In this document: positions 1 to 9,809 of the stretch, in pieces
Numbering within the stretch: the stretch's first letter is position 1
Layout: each line of letters begins with the position of its first letter
Source of the DNA: Acholeplasma sp.
GTDB lineage: Bacteria > Bacillota_I > Bacilli_A > Acholeplasmatales > UBA5453
Assembly: GCA_036677365.1 (NCBI GenBank)
Contig: JAVBWN010000008.1
Location: forward strand, 1 to 45,437
Direction: 5' to 3'
Length of the DNA stretch: 45,437 bases
The notes under the pieces: generated by a model
Databases searched by the model: none
What the model was told of the DNA's origin: nothing
Seen by the model: only the letters and a program-made list of their open reading frames with translations
Program-made: the position numbers and the translations under genes

Positions 1-173
1 TCATAACGCAGCGATCAATATCAACAAAGAAGGATTTAGAAAGTATAAGTTAGCATTTCTGTTATAAACAATTAAGAACCGTAGGGACTACGGGGATAGC
101 CTATTGAGTCACTGGTGGCTACACTGGTTTGGATAGGAAGCCCCCACTTCTAGTTAAGTGGTGGGTAGTTCAC
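1..173 (+). mobile_element. Right end of an IS200/IS605-family (tnpB) element, cut by the window edge
   Basis: 2..67 encodes HNAAININKEGFRKYKLAFLL*, a TnpB C-terminus. It is followed by a hairpin-rich right end ending GGTAGTTCAC at 173. It matches the reverse complement of 44671-44843 at 166/173 nt. Confidence 0.93.
2..67 (+). CDS. tnpB: TnpB RNA-guided endonuclease, last 21 codons only
   Basis: HNAAINI RuvC-III region; near-identical to the C-terminus of the 44777 ORF. Confidence 0.9.
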   Translation, partial: HNAAININKEGFRKYKLAFLL

Positions 174-190
174 ACATAAAAAAATACAAA
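68..190 (+). ncRNA. Predicted TnpB omega/reRNA scaffold 3' part plus guide (ACATAAAAAAATACAAA)
   Basis: Hairpins CCGTAG-gga-CTACGG, CTGGTG-gcta-CACTGG and CCCCCACTT-ctagtt-AAGTGGTGGG. By established TnpB biology the guide is the flank after the element end. The 5' boundary is uncertain. Confidence 0.7.
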
Positions 191-218
191 ATGGAAACCA
201 TCTTGTATTATTTTTATC
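175..218 (-). terminator. Probable intrinsic terminator of the hydrolase operon
   Basis: Imperfect AT-rich inverted repeat AATACAAAATGG-aaa-CCATCTTGTATT with a minus-strand T-run, just past the 219 stop. Confidence 0.55.
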
Positions 219-1097
219 TTAGCGAACAAATGTTAAGATTTCTTGTGTCAATCGATTGGGTTGATCAACCAGTGGTGAATGTCCACATGGTTCGAGTTTG
301 ATGTATTTTGACCCAGGAATTGCATTCAAGTTATCTAATACCATGTATTCTGGTACTGTTTTGTCTAAATTGCCCCAAAACATCAAGGTTTCTGCTTTGA
401 TTTGTTTGATCGACCCATCCCCTTTACTGTATAAATTCGGGGTCTCACTCATATTTAAGCTCGCTAATGCGAAATCAGCATCCACCAAACAACGTTGTTT
501 GAGGGTTTCTTTGATGTAAAGTTGGTTCACCTCTGGTGTTGGTTTTTGATGCGTATAGATGGTTAAATCATAAATATATGACATGAAGAATGCATTTTCA
601 GTAGCGATGGCATCCAATACTGGTTTTACTTGTAGCGGGTCGAGTGCCATCTCATCTTTAGATTTGTAACCTTCAGTGAAGATGGGTGCATTATTCTTAT
701 CTTTCTTGAAGATTGGGTAACCTTTATGGGTAGTTGAATTGATCAAAATGAGCTTTTCTGTCGATTTAGGATAGCGGCTCGCAAATTCCATCGCAACCCC
801 ACCACCCAATGACCAACCTACAATGGTTGCTTTATCGATTTTAAGTTCTGACATGAATAATTGCACATCGGTGGCGAGATTGGCCAACGAATCAAAACGT
901 TCATGGTATGATGAATCACCAAAACCACGTAAATCTAAGGCGATGACACGTACATCATCTGGTAATCGCTCAATGAGGGGTAAATAATAAACAGATGAGG
1001 ACAAATTGCCATGAATGAGGATCATCGTTTTGCCATGACCTTTTTCGAGGTAAGCGTAAGTTTCTCCGTTTTTTAATTGTACAAATTTCTTTTCCAT
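219..1097 (-). CDS. Alpha/beta hydrolase resembling the Bacillus thuringiensis-type intracellular PHB depolymerase PhaZ
   Basis: HGN oxyanion motif, GWSLGG nucleophile and CGHSP catalytic His. The segments KGYPIFKKD, DPLQVKPVLDAI and IYTH match my recollection of B. cereus-group PhaZ. Confidence 0.75.
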   Translation of the reverse strand: MEKKFVQLKNGETYAYLEKGHGKTMILIHGNLSSSVYYLPLIERLPDDVRVIALDLRGFGDSSYHERFDSLANLATDVQLFMSELKIDKATIVGWSLGGGVAMEFASRYPKSTEKLILINSTTHKGYPIFKKDKNNAPIFTEGYKSKDEMALDPLQVKPVLDAIATENAFFMSYIYDLTIYTHQKPTPEVNQLYIKETLKQRCLVDADFALASLNMSETPNLYSKGDGSIKQIKAETLMFWGNLDKTVPEYMVLDNLNAIPGSKYIKLEPCGHSPLVDQPNRLTQEILTFVR

Positions 1098-1106
1098 CGT
1101 AGCCTC

Positions 1107-1928
1107 CTATATGACGTACTTGGTATCTTTCGCGTTGATGAACCCTAAACATAAGGTTGAGAACAACAACGGTTTTTCATACATCGATGCGTGACCTGCC
1201 CCAGGTATTTTGACCCAATGGCTGTGTTTAATGCGTTCGGCCACATATTTTTGATTGTCTACTGGTGTTAAGTAATCTTCTTCTGCTGAAACGATGAGGG
1301 TTTCAGCTTCAATCGTATGGATGGTTTCCCTGACATCATAGGATTCACTCGACAAGGTCAATCGTTCCATTTGATCGAGAAAAACATCATTTGAGAATAC
1401 AGGTACGAGGATTTTTTTACGATTTTGCATCCAAGTTTGATTGGATTCATAAAAAACTGGTGAATAAATGACTGGAATGGCGGTATTATAATAAGCTTCA
1501 CCATTACGGGTTTTAGCTGCTGCCATCCACGCTCTGCCAATATCTTTTAACCAAGGGTTGGTATAGGCAGCGGTATTAAATAAGACCAATCGGTTGACCA
1601 ATGCCTTATGTTTGATAGCAAATTGAATGGCGATTTCACCACCATAGGAAATACCGACGATGGATGCCTGTTCTAATTTTAAGTGATCGAACAATGCTTT
1701 TAACAAATCGACTTGGATTTGATGGGTATACGATTCTCCGATGAGCTTATCGGACTGACCTTGGTCAAAGAAATCCACCCGAATCAAACGGTTGTTTGCT
1801 TTAAATGTATCGACAAAGGGTGCCCAGCTTTTGGTGGACATCATGATCCCGTTGAGGAGTATGATGGGTTGCCCACTGCCTTCATCTTCATAAAAGACTT
1901 TTTTGTCGTTAATCCAAAAATGACTCAT
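1107..1928 (-). CDS. Alpha/beta hydrolase (enol-lactonase/esterase-like)
   Basis: GISYGG, D in EEDYL, and AGH. Start reassigned to ATG 1928 (MSHFW), which overlaps the end of the upstream CDS. Confidence 0.85.
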   Translation of the reverse strand: MSHFWINDKKVFYEDEGSGQPIILLNGIMMSTKSWAPFVDTFKANNRLIRVDFFDQGQSDKLIGESYTHQIQVDLLKALFDHLKLEQASIVGISYGGEIAIQFAIKHKALVNRLVLFNTAAYTNPWLKDIGRAWMAAAKTRNGEAYYNTAIPVIYSPVFYESNQTWMQNRKKILVPVFSNDVFLDQMERLTLSSESYDVRETIHTIEAETLIVSAEEDYLTPVDNQKYVAERIKHSHWVKIPGAGHASMYEKPLLFSTLCLGFINAKDTKYVI

Positions 1929-3231
1929 GGAGGTACCCCGCTTTAATTGCTTCTTGGGTGAGTTGTGCTCTAAATTTAGGATGGGCAATCGAAATGAGGA
2001 GTTTACATCTTTCGCGTATATTGGTACCACGCAAACCGACCATACCATATTCAGTGACGACAAAGTCAACGTCATTTCGGGATAACGATACGGCTGCACC
2101 TGGTTTAAGCATCGAAACAATCTTAGATACCTCTTCTTTTTCACCAGTGACCGGGTTTTTCACCATGGCTGTGGAATAAAGAGCGATGAAACTGCGCCCA
2201 CCTTTGGCGTTTTGTGCGCCAACAGCGGTATCGGTTTGACCCCCAGTACCAGAAAATTGTTGGGTACCGATGGATTCGGAACAACATTGTCCACTCAAAT
2301 CGATTTCGATGGTTGAGTTGATCGATACTTGATTGTCATTTAACCCAATAATGGCTGGGTCATTGACATATTTACCGTTTAAAATCCAGCAGGATGGGTT
2401 ATCATGAATGAAATCATAGAGATCTTGTGTCCCCATGGCGAAACAAGCGATGTGTTTACCACGGTGTAATGTTTTCTTTTTACCTGTGATGACCCCCGCT
2501 TTGATGAGATTCATCATTTCGTTGGTAAACATTTCGGTATGGATACCTAAGTCTTTTTTACCATATAAAGACTTAGCGACTGCGTTTGGCATACCACCAA
2601 TACCAAGTTGAATGGTATCCCCATCGTTGATTTTTTCAGCAATCAATTTGCCAATGATCATGTCTTTTTCCGATGGTTCAATGTCAGGAATGGTAGGTAC
2701 TGGGTAGTCGGCTTTAACCAAGTAATCGACTTCACTGATGTGGACTTCTAAGTCGCCAATCGTTCTTGGAAAGTTCGGATTAACTTCAAAAATGACGATT
2801 TCAGCGGCTTCAACCATTTGTTTTTCATAAACGTTCGAAGTCGATAACGAGATATAACCATGTTCGTCAGGCATGCTCGCAGCGGTGACGAAAATGCGCG
2901 GTTTTTTATAAAATAAACGTTTATGACCTGCCAGATGCAAGTGGTTAGGGATAAACGAGATATTGCCATGGGGATGTACTTTTCTTAAAACATTGGTATA
3001 AAACCAACCATCTAAGTTAAATTTGTTGCGGTATTGTTCTTCAATGAAAAAATCTGCGTTGACAATCGGTAAGCAGTTGGTAACCGTGACTTTTTCGACA
3101 CGATCGGCACAGAGGTGTAAGTTCGCCATGAAGAGTTGAGGCTCATTGGCCGCCATCCCTACGACGATTTCATCTTTGGGTCCTACTAAATCAATCATTT
3201 CTTGTACAGTGATGTATCTGGCTTGTTTCAT
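1909..3231 (-). CDS. Acetyl-CoA hydrolase/transferase family CoA-transferase (4-hydroxybutyrate/butyryl-CoA:acetate type)
   Basis: QLGIGGMP, GIHTEM (catalytic Glu), SGTGGQTD, VVTEYG and IAHPKFR motifs. Confidence 0.9.
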   Translation of the reverse strand: MKQARYITVQEMIDLVGPKDEIVVGMAANEPQLFMANLHLCADRVEKVTVTNCLPIVNADFFIEEQYRNKFNLDGWFYTNVLRKVHPHGNISFIPNHLHLAGHKRLFYKKPRIFVTAASMPDEHGYISLSTSNVYEKQMVEAAEIVIFEVNPNFPRTIGDLEVHISEVDYLVKADYPVPTIPDIEPSEKDMIIGKLIAEKINDGDTIQLGIGGMPNAVAKSLYGKKDLGIHTEMFTNEMMNLIKAGVITGKKKTLHRGKHIACFAMGTQDLYDFIHDNPSCWILNGKYVNDPAIIGLNDNQVSINSTIEIDLSGQCCSESIGTQQFSGTGGQTDTAVGAQNAKGGRSFIALYSTAMVKNPVTGEKEEVSKIVSMLKPGAAVSLSRNDVDFVVTEYGMVGLRGTNIRERCKLLISIAHPKFRAQLTQEAIKAGYLHESFLD

Positions 3232-3245
3232 AAGTGACCTCTTTC

Positions 3246-3291
3246 AAAAAAATAGGTATCTAGGGGAGCGATTGGCTCCCCTAGCCCTATT
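3246..3291 (-). terminator. Strong hairpin/terminator after the substrate-binding protein gene
   Basis: CTAGGGGAGC-gattg-GCTCCCCTAG with a minus-strand T-run. Confidence 0.75.
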
Positions 3292-3300
3292 CGATTTTAA

Positions 3301-5091
3301 TTATTTTGCTTGAATTTGTGTTAAGGTTTCGATGTCTCTAACTTTAACGAATGCTTTGTATGATGTTTCAACTTCTACGGTTGCAGGGTTATCGCCATTA
3401 ACGACAGTATATTGTAATAATGACATAGAGTCAATACCCCAACGTTTGCCATCGCCGAAGTCAACAGACCCACCCATTGGTACGTCTAGTGGTTCAGATT
3501 CCATGGCTTTGATGAAGGATTCCCAAGTCAATTCTTGACCGGATGCTTCCACTCTTTCAAGACCTTCGATGAAGTTCATTGCTGCGATGTAACCTGCGAT
3601 TGAGAATGAGTTACCCGCATAAGCTGTTTTTTCAGCTTCAGATAAGAAGCTTGCGCCTTGAATAGCTGCGACAAATCCAACTAAACCAGCTTGACCTTTT
3701 GTTGATGTTAAGTCAACCCATGCATTGGTATAAATATCAAATGTATAGTTGATGTTTGCATCTACTGCGGTTGCGTCAGCGTTTACATAAGAGGTGAATA
3801 CAGGAACGTTGACACCCACATTTTGCATGGTACCAATAGCAGCCTTAAAGGATACTTGGTTGGATGCGATGATGATTGCTGCGACACCTTGGGATTGTAG
3901 GTTTTGTACAGTAGATGTCAAGGATGCAGTATCTGTTGCTAAGAATGAAGCGTAAATGAAGTTGTTGTTAACACCATGTGTCTTCGCTTCAATTTCAACA
4001 CCTTCTTTAATGGAGATACCATCTAATGAAGTTGTATAAAGAACACCAATCTTCGCGTTTGCTGCTAATTTTTGGTTCTTGTTTGGTCCATATAAAGCTT
4101 CTTTTAAAGCTCTAGCTGTCATCAATCTACCATCGGTTAGATAAATAGGTTGAACTGGCATGACTGGGTCAAGAGGGTTTCTTTCAGTATAAAGCACGTT
4201 GACACCTGTAGCTGCGTAAACCATTGGGATACCCGCTTCGCGGATGGTGGTTAATGTTGCAGAAACAGTACCTGTACCAAAGTGACCAACCAATGCGAAT
4301 ACTTTGTCTTCATTGATCAATTGTTTTGTATTGGTTAAACCAACGGTTGCGTCAAATGCGTCATCACGGTTAACGTATTCAATGGTTCTACCATCGACAC
4401 CGCCTGCTTCGTTGATGACTTCAAATGCTGCCTTCATACCTGCCACGAATGGAAGACCGACAAATGACAATGCACCTGAAATGGCTGCAGTATTACCAAC
4501 TTTGATGGTGGTTGCTGTCACACCTTGAACAGTCACTGCTCTAACTTCTGCATAGAAGGAAGCGGTAAGTTCACCAAAGGTTACGACAACATCATATTTA
4601 CCAATAACGCCTTGTTTGAATCCAGAAAGGGTATATTGGCTGGAAGTCAACACTTGTTTTCTACCTGTGGAATAAGTGACTTCAACGACTAAACCTGAGG
4701 CGTTGAATTGTTGATCACGGTTATAGATTTGTTGTGTAGGTAGAGATTTTAAGTTAAGTGCTAATGCCACTTCTGGGGCATCTGGGTTAAATACAGCGAT
4801 ACCGAAAGTTGCAGTAACGCCTTCATAAGATACAGTGATGGTTACTAAACCTGCAGTTGCGGTAGTGAAACCTGTTAAAGTATATTCGCTGCTAGTTAAG
4901 ACTTTTTCGGTCTTATCGGACATCACAGCTTTAACTTCTAGACCTGCTGCGTCAAATGCTTCACCAACTAAGTATTCAACTTTAGTCGGAGATGTAACGA
5001 CGAGTCTGCTAACGGTAACTTCAGCTTCTTGGCACGCTACAAGCGCGAATACTGAAATAACTGCTAACAATAATGCTACAATTCTTTTCAT
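3301..5091 (-). CDS. ABC substrate-binding lipoprotein (LivJ/K-like type 1 fold) with two N-terminal bacterial Ig-like domains
   Basis: Lipobox FALVA-C. Two repeats of the PTKVEY..GE.FD.AGL.V...SD/TG type, then QGVT.TTIKVG...GGVDGRTIEY..RDD. Start 5091 follows an AGGAG RBS. Confidence 0.85.
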   Translation of the reverse strand: MKRIVALLLAVISVFALVACQEAEVTVSRLVVTSPTKVEYLVGEAFDAAGLEVKAVMSDKTEKVLTSSEYTLTGFTTATAGLVTITVSYEGVTATFGIAVFNPDAPEVALALNLKSLPTQQIYNRDQQFNASGLVVEVTYSTGRKQVLTSSQYTLSGFKQGVIGKYDVVVTFGELTASFYAEVRAVTVQGVTATTIKVGNTAAISGALSFVGLPFVAGMKAAFEVINEAGGVDGRTIEYVNRDDAFDATVGLTNTKQLINEDKVFALVGHFGTGTVSATLTTIREAGIPMVYAATGVNVLYTERNPLDPVMPVQPIYLTDGRLMTARALKEALYGPNKNQKLAANAKIGVLYTTSLDGISIKEGVEIEAKTHGVNNNFIYASFLATDTASLTSTVQNLQSQGVAAIIIASNQVSFKAAIGTMQNVGVNVPVFTSYVNADATAVDANINYTFDIYTNAWVDLTSTKGQAGLVGFVAAIQGASFLSEAEKTAYAGNSFSIAGYIAAMNFIEGLERVEASGQELTWESFIKAMESEPLDVPMGGSVDFGDGKRWGIDSMSLLQYTVVNGDNPATVEVETSYKAFVKVRDIETLTQIQAK

Positions 5092-5155
5092 ATTTTTCTC
5101 CTTTTTCTTGCCTAACGGCATATATTATCGTTTCGTTTGAAACTAGAAACCCAAA

Positions 5156-5863
5156 TTATGAACCAAGATACGCATTGACGAGTTTTTCGTCTGCTAAGAG
5201 CGCTTGGCCTGAACCTTCACCAACGATTTTACCCAGTTCTAAGATATAGGCATAATCGGCGATTTTAAGCGTTTGTAAAGCGTTTTGTTCAACGATCAAG
5301 ATGGTTTTACCACGTTCTTTGATCTTTTTAATAATTTCGAAAATGTTTCTGACAATCAGCGGTGCCAAGCCTAAAGATGGTTCATCTAACAACAAGACTT
5401 CAGGGTTACCCATCAAGGCACGTCCAATGGCCAACATTTGTTGTTCACCACCGGATAACGTGGATGCTTGTTGTTTTCTTCTTTCTCTAAGGACGGGGAA
5501 ATACCCATAAACTTCATCAAACAACCTTGGGATGTCTGTTTTCTTCACGGTATACGCACCAGCCAAGAGGTTTTCTTCGACTGTTAACCCTGTAAAAATC
5601 ATTCTGCCTTCTGGCGATTGTTTGATGCCAAGTTCTGAAATCTTATGAGGGTCGAGGTTTGCGATATTTTTACCTTGATATAAGATTTCTCCGGATTTCA
5701 CTTTAACTGCCCCAGATATCGAACGGATAAGTGAGGATTTGCCTGCCCCATTCGCGCCTAACAAAGCGACAATCGTACCTGGTTTAACTTCAATGTGGAT
5801 GCCCTTAACTGCCTTGATGATGCCATAATCGATGACTAAATCTTTAATTTCCAAAAGAGCCAT
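5156..5863 (-). CDS. livF: Branched-chain amino acid-type ABC ATPase, LivF-like
   Basis: GANGAGKS, LSGGEQQM and LLLDEPSLGLAP. Confidence 0.9.
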   Translation of the reverse strand: MALLEIKDLVIDYGIIKAVKGIHIEVKPGTIVALLGANGAGKSSLIRSISGAVKVKSGEILYQGKNIANLDPHKISELGIKQSPEGRMIFTGLTVEENLLAGAYTVKKTDIPRLFDEVYGYFPVLRERRKQQASTLSGGEQQMLAIGRALMGNPEVLLLDEPSLGLAPLIVRNIFEIIKKIKERGKTILIVEQNALQTLKIADYAYILELGKIVGEGSGQALLADEKLVNAYLGS

Positions 5864-5865
5864 GA

Positions 5866-6681
5866 CTATTCACCCCCCAAGTAAGCTTCTTGAACCACAG
5901 GGTCCGCTTTGATTTGTGCAGGGGAACCAATGGCTAATTTTTTACCAAAGGATATCGCACAGATGGTGTCACATAACTTCATGACCAACCCCATGTCGTG
6001 TTCAACTAAGAAAATAGTACAGTTGAATTCATTTTGAATCTTGCGGATGGTTTCAGTCAATTTTTCTGTCTCTAAATCATTTAAACCTGCGGCTGGTTCA
6101 TCTAAAATGATCAGTTTAGGGTTGGTCATGAGTGTTCTCGCCAGTTCAATTAACTTTAGTACCCCATAAGGTAAACCCATTGGATAAAAATACATATACT
6201 GAGTCAATCCCAAGTCATTCAATACTTTGAGTGCTTTTTCACGGATGACTTTTTCTTCTTTTTTGTATCTCGGTGTATGGAATAAATGGTCAAAGAAATT
6301 AGATTTATATAGGGTATGTCCTGCTATCAATAGATTTTCTAAGATATTCAATTCCCAAATCAATTCGACATTTTGGAATGTACGAACAATCCCATGTCTG
6401 ACCACATCGTGAACCTTGACGTGGTTGAGTTTAACGACTTTGTCTTGATTATCACGATAAATCAACTCACCACTGGTCGGCTTATAAAACTGAGTGATGC
6501 AGTTGAACACCGTTGTTTTGCCTGCCCCATTGGGTCCGATGAGTCCAAATATTTCACCTTTTTTGACATCAAATGACAAATTATCGACGGCGACCAATCC
6601 ACCAAACTTCATGGTTAGACCTTGAACACTCAAGATCACATTTGGGTCTAACGTATGTTCAGTATGTATAACTTTACTCAT
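5866..6681 (-). CDS. livG: Branched-chain amino acid-type ABC ATPase, LivG-like
   Basis: FGGLVAV, GPNGAGKT, LDEPAAG, VEHDM and EAYLG. Confidence 0.9.
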   Translation of the reverse strand: MSKVIHTEHTLDPNVILSVQGLTMKFGGLVAVDNLSFDVKKGEIFGLIGPNGAGKTTVFNCITQFYKPTSGELIYRDNQDKVVKLNHVKVHDVVRHGIVRTFQNVELIWELNILENLLIAGHTLYKSNFFDHLFHTPRYKKEEKVIREKALKVLNDLGLTQYMYFYPMGLPYGVLKLIELARTLMTNPKLIILDEPAAGLNDLETEKLTETIRKIQNEFNCTIFLVEHDMGLVMKLCDTICAISFGKKLAIGSPAQIKADPVVQEAYLGGE

Positions 6682-7718
6682 GCTTTACCCCCTTTGGTTT
6701 TCCAAAGTTTAATCCAACCTTGGATTTTGATTTTGAGGTCTGCAAATAGCTTAACCAAGCCACCAGGGTAATACATGACAATTAAGATGACGAGTGCACC
6801 AGTGAAGAAATATACGGCATTCCCATTGGTTCTAAAGAATGGGATTTGTTTTAAAACTATGTCTTTCAATCCGAAAATGACGAAAGTACCTAAAGTCACA
6901 CCCCAAATCGATTTTGACCCACCCACAATGACGGCGGCCAAGATGTTTAATGAAATGGCTAAGTTGAATATGCCTGGTTCTGTATATTCGAAGTAAGGCA
7001 TGTAAAGCATCCCACCGATGACAGCCATGATGGTTGCGAGTACAAACGCCAATAAGCGGTATTTCAATACGGAAATGCCCATCGCTTGCGCTGCAGAAGT
7101 TGAGTTTTTAATGGATAACATCGCTCTTCCGGTTGGGCTATTGACAATATTTAAGAATAAAATCATCGACACAACCAGAACTGCAACCACAATGAAATAG
7201 ACCATGTTGCGATACATCAGTGCGTTCGCACCTTCTGTAAAACCAAATAAATTGAATGATTCATATCTTAAGCCCCCGTCACCGCCGGTAATATTGCGGG
7301 CTTTTCTAAAGATTTCAATCATGATTTCTGCCAACCCTAAGGTGATGATGGCCAGATACATGCCTTCAATACGTAAGGATATGAACCCAACCAGTGTCCC
7401 AAAGATGATGGCAACCGCAATCCCAATGATGAAGGCTACCACGAGTGGTAAACCAGCGCTTGCAACAGCGAAGGAAACCAAATAAGTCCCCAAACCGATG
7501 AAAGATGCTGTCCCAAGGGATGCGAGTCCAGTGTATCCAAGTAATAAGGAATACCCTAAACCAACGATGGTATAAATCCAAACAATGGATAAGAAGTCAA
7601 TGGTGGATTGCTTGATGAAACCTGCATTACCAAGTAATCGAACCAAGACTATGGCGATACTAAATATGAAGATCCCAAATAGTGGGCTATTCTTTAAATT
7701 TCTAAAGGTGTTTTGCAT
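6678..7718 (-). CDS. livM: ABC permease, LivM-like
   Basis: GYTGLASLG, YLAIITLG and SPTGRA; multiple TM helices. Confidence 0.88.
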   Translation of the reverse strand: MQNTFRNLKNSPLFGIFIFSIAIVLVRLLGNAGFIKQSTIDFLSIVWIYTIVGLGYSLLLGYTGLASLGTASFIGLGTYLVSFAVASAGLPLVVAFIIGIAVAIIFGTLVGFISLRIEGMYLAIITLGLAEIMIEIFRKARNITGGDGGLRYESFNLFGFTEGANALMYRNMVYFIVVAVLVVSMILFLNIVNSPTGRAMLSIKNSTSAAQAMGISVLKYRLLAFVLATIMAVIGGMLYMPYFEYTEPGIFNLAISLNILAAVIVGGSKSIWGVTLGTFVIFGLKDIVLKQIPFFRTNGNAVYFFTGALVILIVMYYPGGLVKLFADLKIKIQGWIKLWKTKGGKA

Positions 7719-7725
7719 ACGATAC

Positions 7726-8688
7726 CTACACCTTCTTCGCTATCTTCTTGCCAAAAATACCGACTGGCTTGATCAAGATAACGATTAATAATAAGAAATA
7801 CACGAAGGTCAATACCCATTGGTCAATGTTGCTACCAAGAATGCTGATATTGACACCAAATAACAAGTCTTTGATGATCACTCTTGCAAATGTAATCATG
7901 AGTGCAGCAGCAATCGGTCCACCAAAGGTATAAAACCCACCTAAGACACCCGCCAAGAAGCCGTTGACTTGCATAATGACCATCATATCGGGTCCTAATG
8001 TGAAGATGAGTGGTGCATACAGCGATGCTGCTAAAGCACCCAAACCACCAGCCAATCCCCAGCTCATCGCTGTGATCATTTTGGTGTTGATGCCCATCAT
8101 GCCTGCCACTTTTTCATTTGAGGCTGTGGCTCTCACACCGATACCCCATTTGGTATATTTCAAAGCGATGAATATGGTAGTGATGACTACTGCAGAGATG
8201 ATGATGGCCAAGAATCCATGACCTGATAAGGTTAAGTTGGGCTGACCTGCGAACTTGAGTGTGATGTTCCAAGGAACCAAAGCCCGTGGTGTACGGGTTT
8301 CCATACGAAGACCTGTGAACACCACTGAAATTAACCCTGAAATCATGAGGATAATCCCCATGGTTATCATTTGTTTGGAAACCGGATTTGAATATTTGGA
8401 TTTACGGATGATCATCGTGTCGATGAACACTCCAAACCCAGCACCAATGATGACACCAATCACGATTGAGATGACCAAACCAATCCACGCTTGTTCAAAA
8501 GCAAAGTATTGTTTTAACCAAGTATCGAATAATGCAGTAACGGTATAAGCCGATATGGTAGCAATCGAGCCTTGAGCAAAGTTCGTGGTGAAGGATGTCT
8601 TATAAATGATGACAATCCCTAAAGTAACCAGCGCTAATATGGCTGAATCTTGTAATCCAAGGAATAGGAGGTTGATAATTTCGCGCAT
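7726..8688 (-). CDS. livH: ABC permease, LivH-like
   Basis: NFAQG, T.WGIGVRA and GVLGGF; multiple TM helices. Confidence 0.88.
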   Translation of the reverse strand: MREIINLLFLGLQDSAILALVTLGIVIIYKTSFTTNFAQGSIATISAYTVTALFDTWLKQYFAFEQAWIGLVISIVIGVIIGAGFGVFIDTMIIRKSKYSNPVSKQMITMGIILMISGLISVVFTGLRMETRTPRALVPWNITLKFAGQPNLTLSGHGFLAIIISAVVITTIFIALKYTKWGIGVRATASNEKVAGMMGINTKMITAMSWGLAGGLGALAASLYAPLIFTLGPDMMVIMQVNGFLAGVLGGFYTFGGPIAAALMITFARVIIKDLLFGVNISILGSNIDQWVLTFVYFLLLIVILIKPVGIFGKKIAKKV

Positions 8689-8689
8689 C

Positions 8690-9724
8690 TTATGCCCCCC
8701 ATCTCACGACATTGGCTGCCCATACATACCCAATCCCTGCAGCAAGCATGCATACAATCGTGCCATCTTTAACTTGACCGCTTTGTAATGCCAAATGTAA
8801 GGATAAGATTTGGTCGATTTGACCAATGTGTCCGTAGTTTTCTAAGTAAATCGATTGTTCAGGTTGTAAATTCAAATCTTGTAATAACGATACATGGCCT
8901 GAACGTTTCATATGTAAGATGGCTAGGAATCCATCTTTGGAAAAATCCGCTTTGGTGTAGTTCGATTTGCGTAAAGATTCTTCAATGCACTTGTACCAGT
9001 TTGGCATCGATACTTCATTCAAGCGATTTTTCATTTTAATTGGGTCTAATAAACGTAAAGACTTTTTCGCTTCTTCGACGTTATCTTTGGTAATTGGGTT
9101 ACAAATACCGCCAATTTCAACCCCAGCAGTTCTTGATAATGACCCATCCCCAATGATGTGTGAACCCAAAAGTTCATTTTTTCCATGGTTCTTCTTTAAG
9201 ATGATGGCACCACCACCAGCTGCTAGGTCATACATCATCGACATGTTTTTATCTGTGTAATCGACGAAATCTAAATTTCTATAACCGCCAACCACCATGA
9301 CCATGTGGATATCATCATCTGCGATCAACATATCCTTAGCCATTTTTAGGGCAGATACGGTGGTGCAGCAACGGTTTTGAACGTCAATTCCCCAAGCGTT
9401 CACAGCACCGATACGGTCTTGAACGTATAATGCAGATGTGGTCAATGGGTATTCTTTCCATTCCTCAGTGACACATAAAATCACATCGATGTCTTTCGGG
9501 TCAACGCCTGTGTTTTTTAAGCAATCCAGGGCAGCCAATGCCCCCATTTCTTGAGATCCGTCCATGACTGGGTCTGCAGGAATGACTTTCTCTAGGATGC
9601 CTAATTTTTCTTCAATGGCTTGTTCTGTCCAAACGCCATTGGTTCTTTCTGCGATTTCTTTCGCAGTCATTCTACCTTTGGGTAAATATATACCTGTACC
9701 AACAATACCTACAGATGGTTTCAT
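8690..9724 (-). CDS. 3-oxoacyl-ACP synthase III (FabH)-like thiolase-fold enzyme
   Basis: GIVGTGIYLP N-terminus, catalytic Cys in QNRCCT, ILHMK, YGHIGQ and AAGIGY. Confidence 0.85.
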   Translation of the reverse strand: MKPSVGIVGTGIYLPKGRMTAKEIAERTNGVWTEQAIEEKLGILEKVIPADPVMDGSQEMGALAALDCLKNTGVDPKDIDVILCVTEEWKEYPLTTSALYVQDRIGAVNAWGIDVQNRCCTTVSALKMAKDMLIADDDIHMVMVVGGYRNLDFVDYTDKNMSMMYDLAAGGGAIILKKNHGKNELLGSHIIGDGSLSRTAGVEIGGICNPITKDNVEEAKKSLRLLDPIKMKNRLNEVSMPNWYKCIEESLRKSNYTKADFSKDGFLAILHMKRSGHVSLLQDLNLQPEQSIYLENYGHIGQIDQILSLHLALQSGQVKDGTIVCMLAAGIGYVWAANVVRWGA

Positions 9725-9809
9725 AAATAGATCCTTTCCAACCTCTAATGAGGCTTAATTATAACGAACGACAAGCCAAACGGTCGTTTGGCGTGTTTTT
9801 CAGTTTGTA

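Noticed and set aside
1929..2144. N-terminal extensions in the ORF track (also 37863-37937, 39372-39452, 40832-40927, 44203-44283)
   Set aside because: They overlap upstream genes, promoters or terminators; downstream starts fit RBS position and domain boundaries better.
9773..9800. Hairpin GCCAAAC-ggtc-GTTTGGC between fabG and the FabH-like gene as a terminator
   Set aside because: It lacks a clean T-run on the coding strand; at most a processing or stability element.
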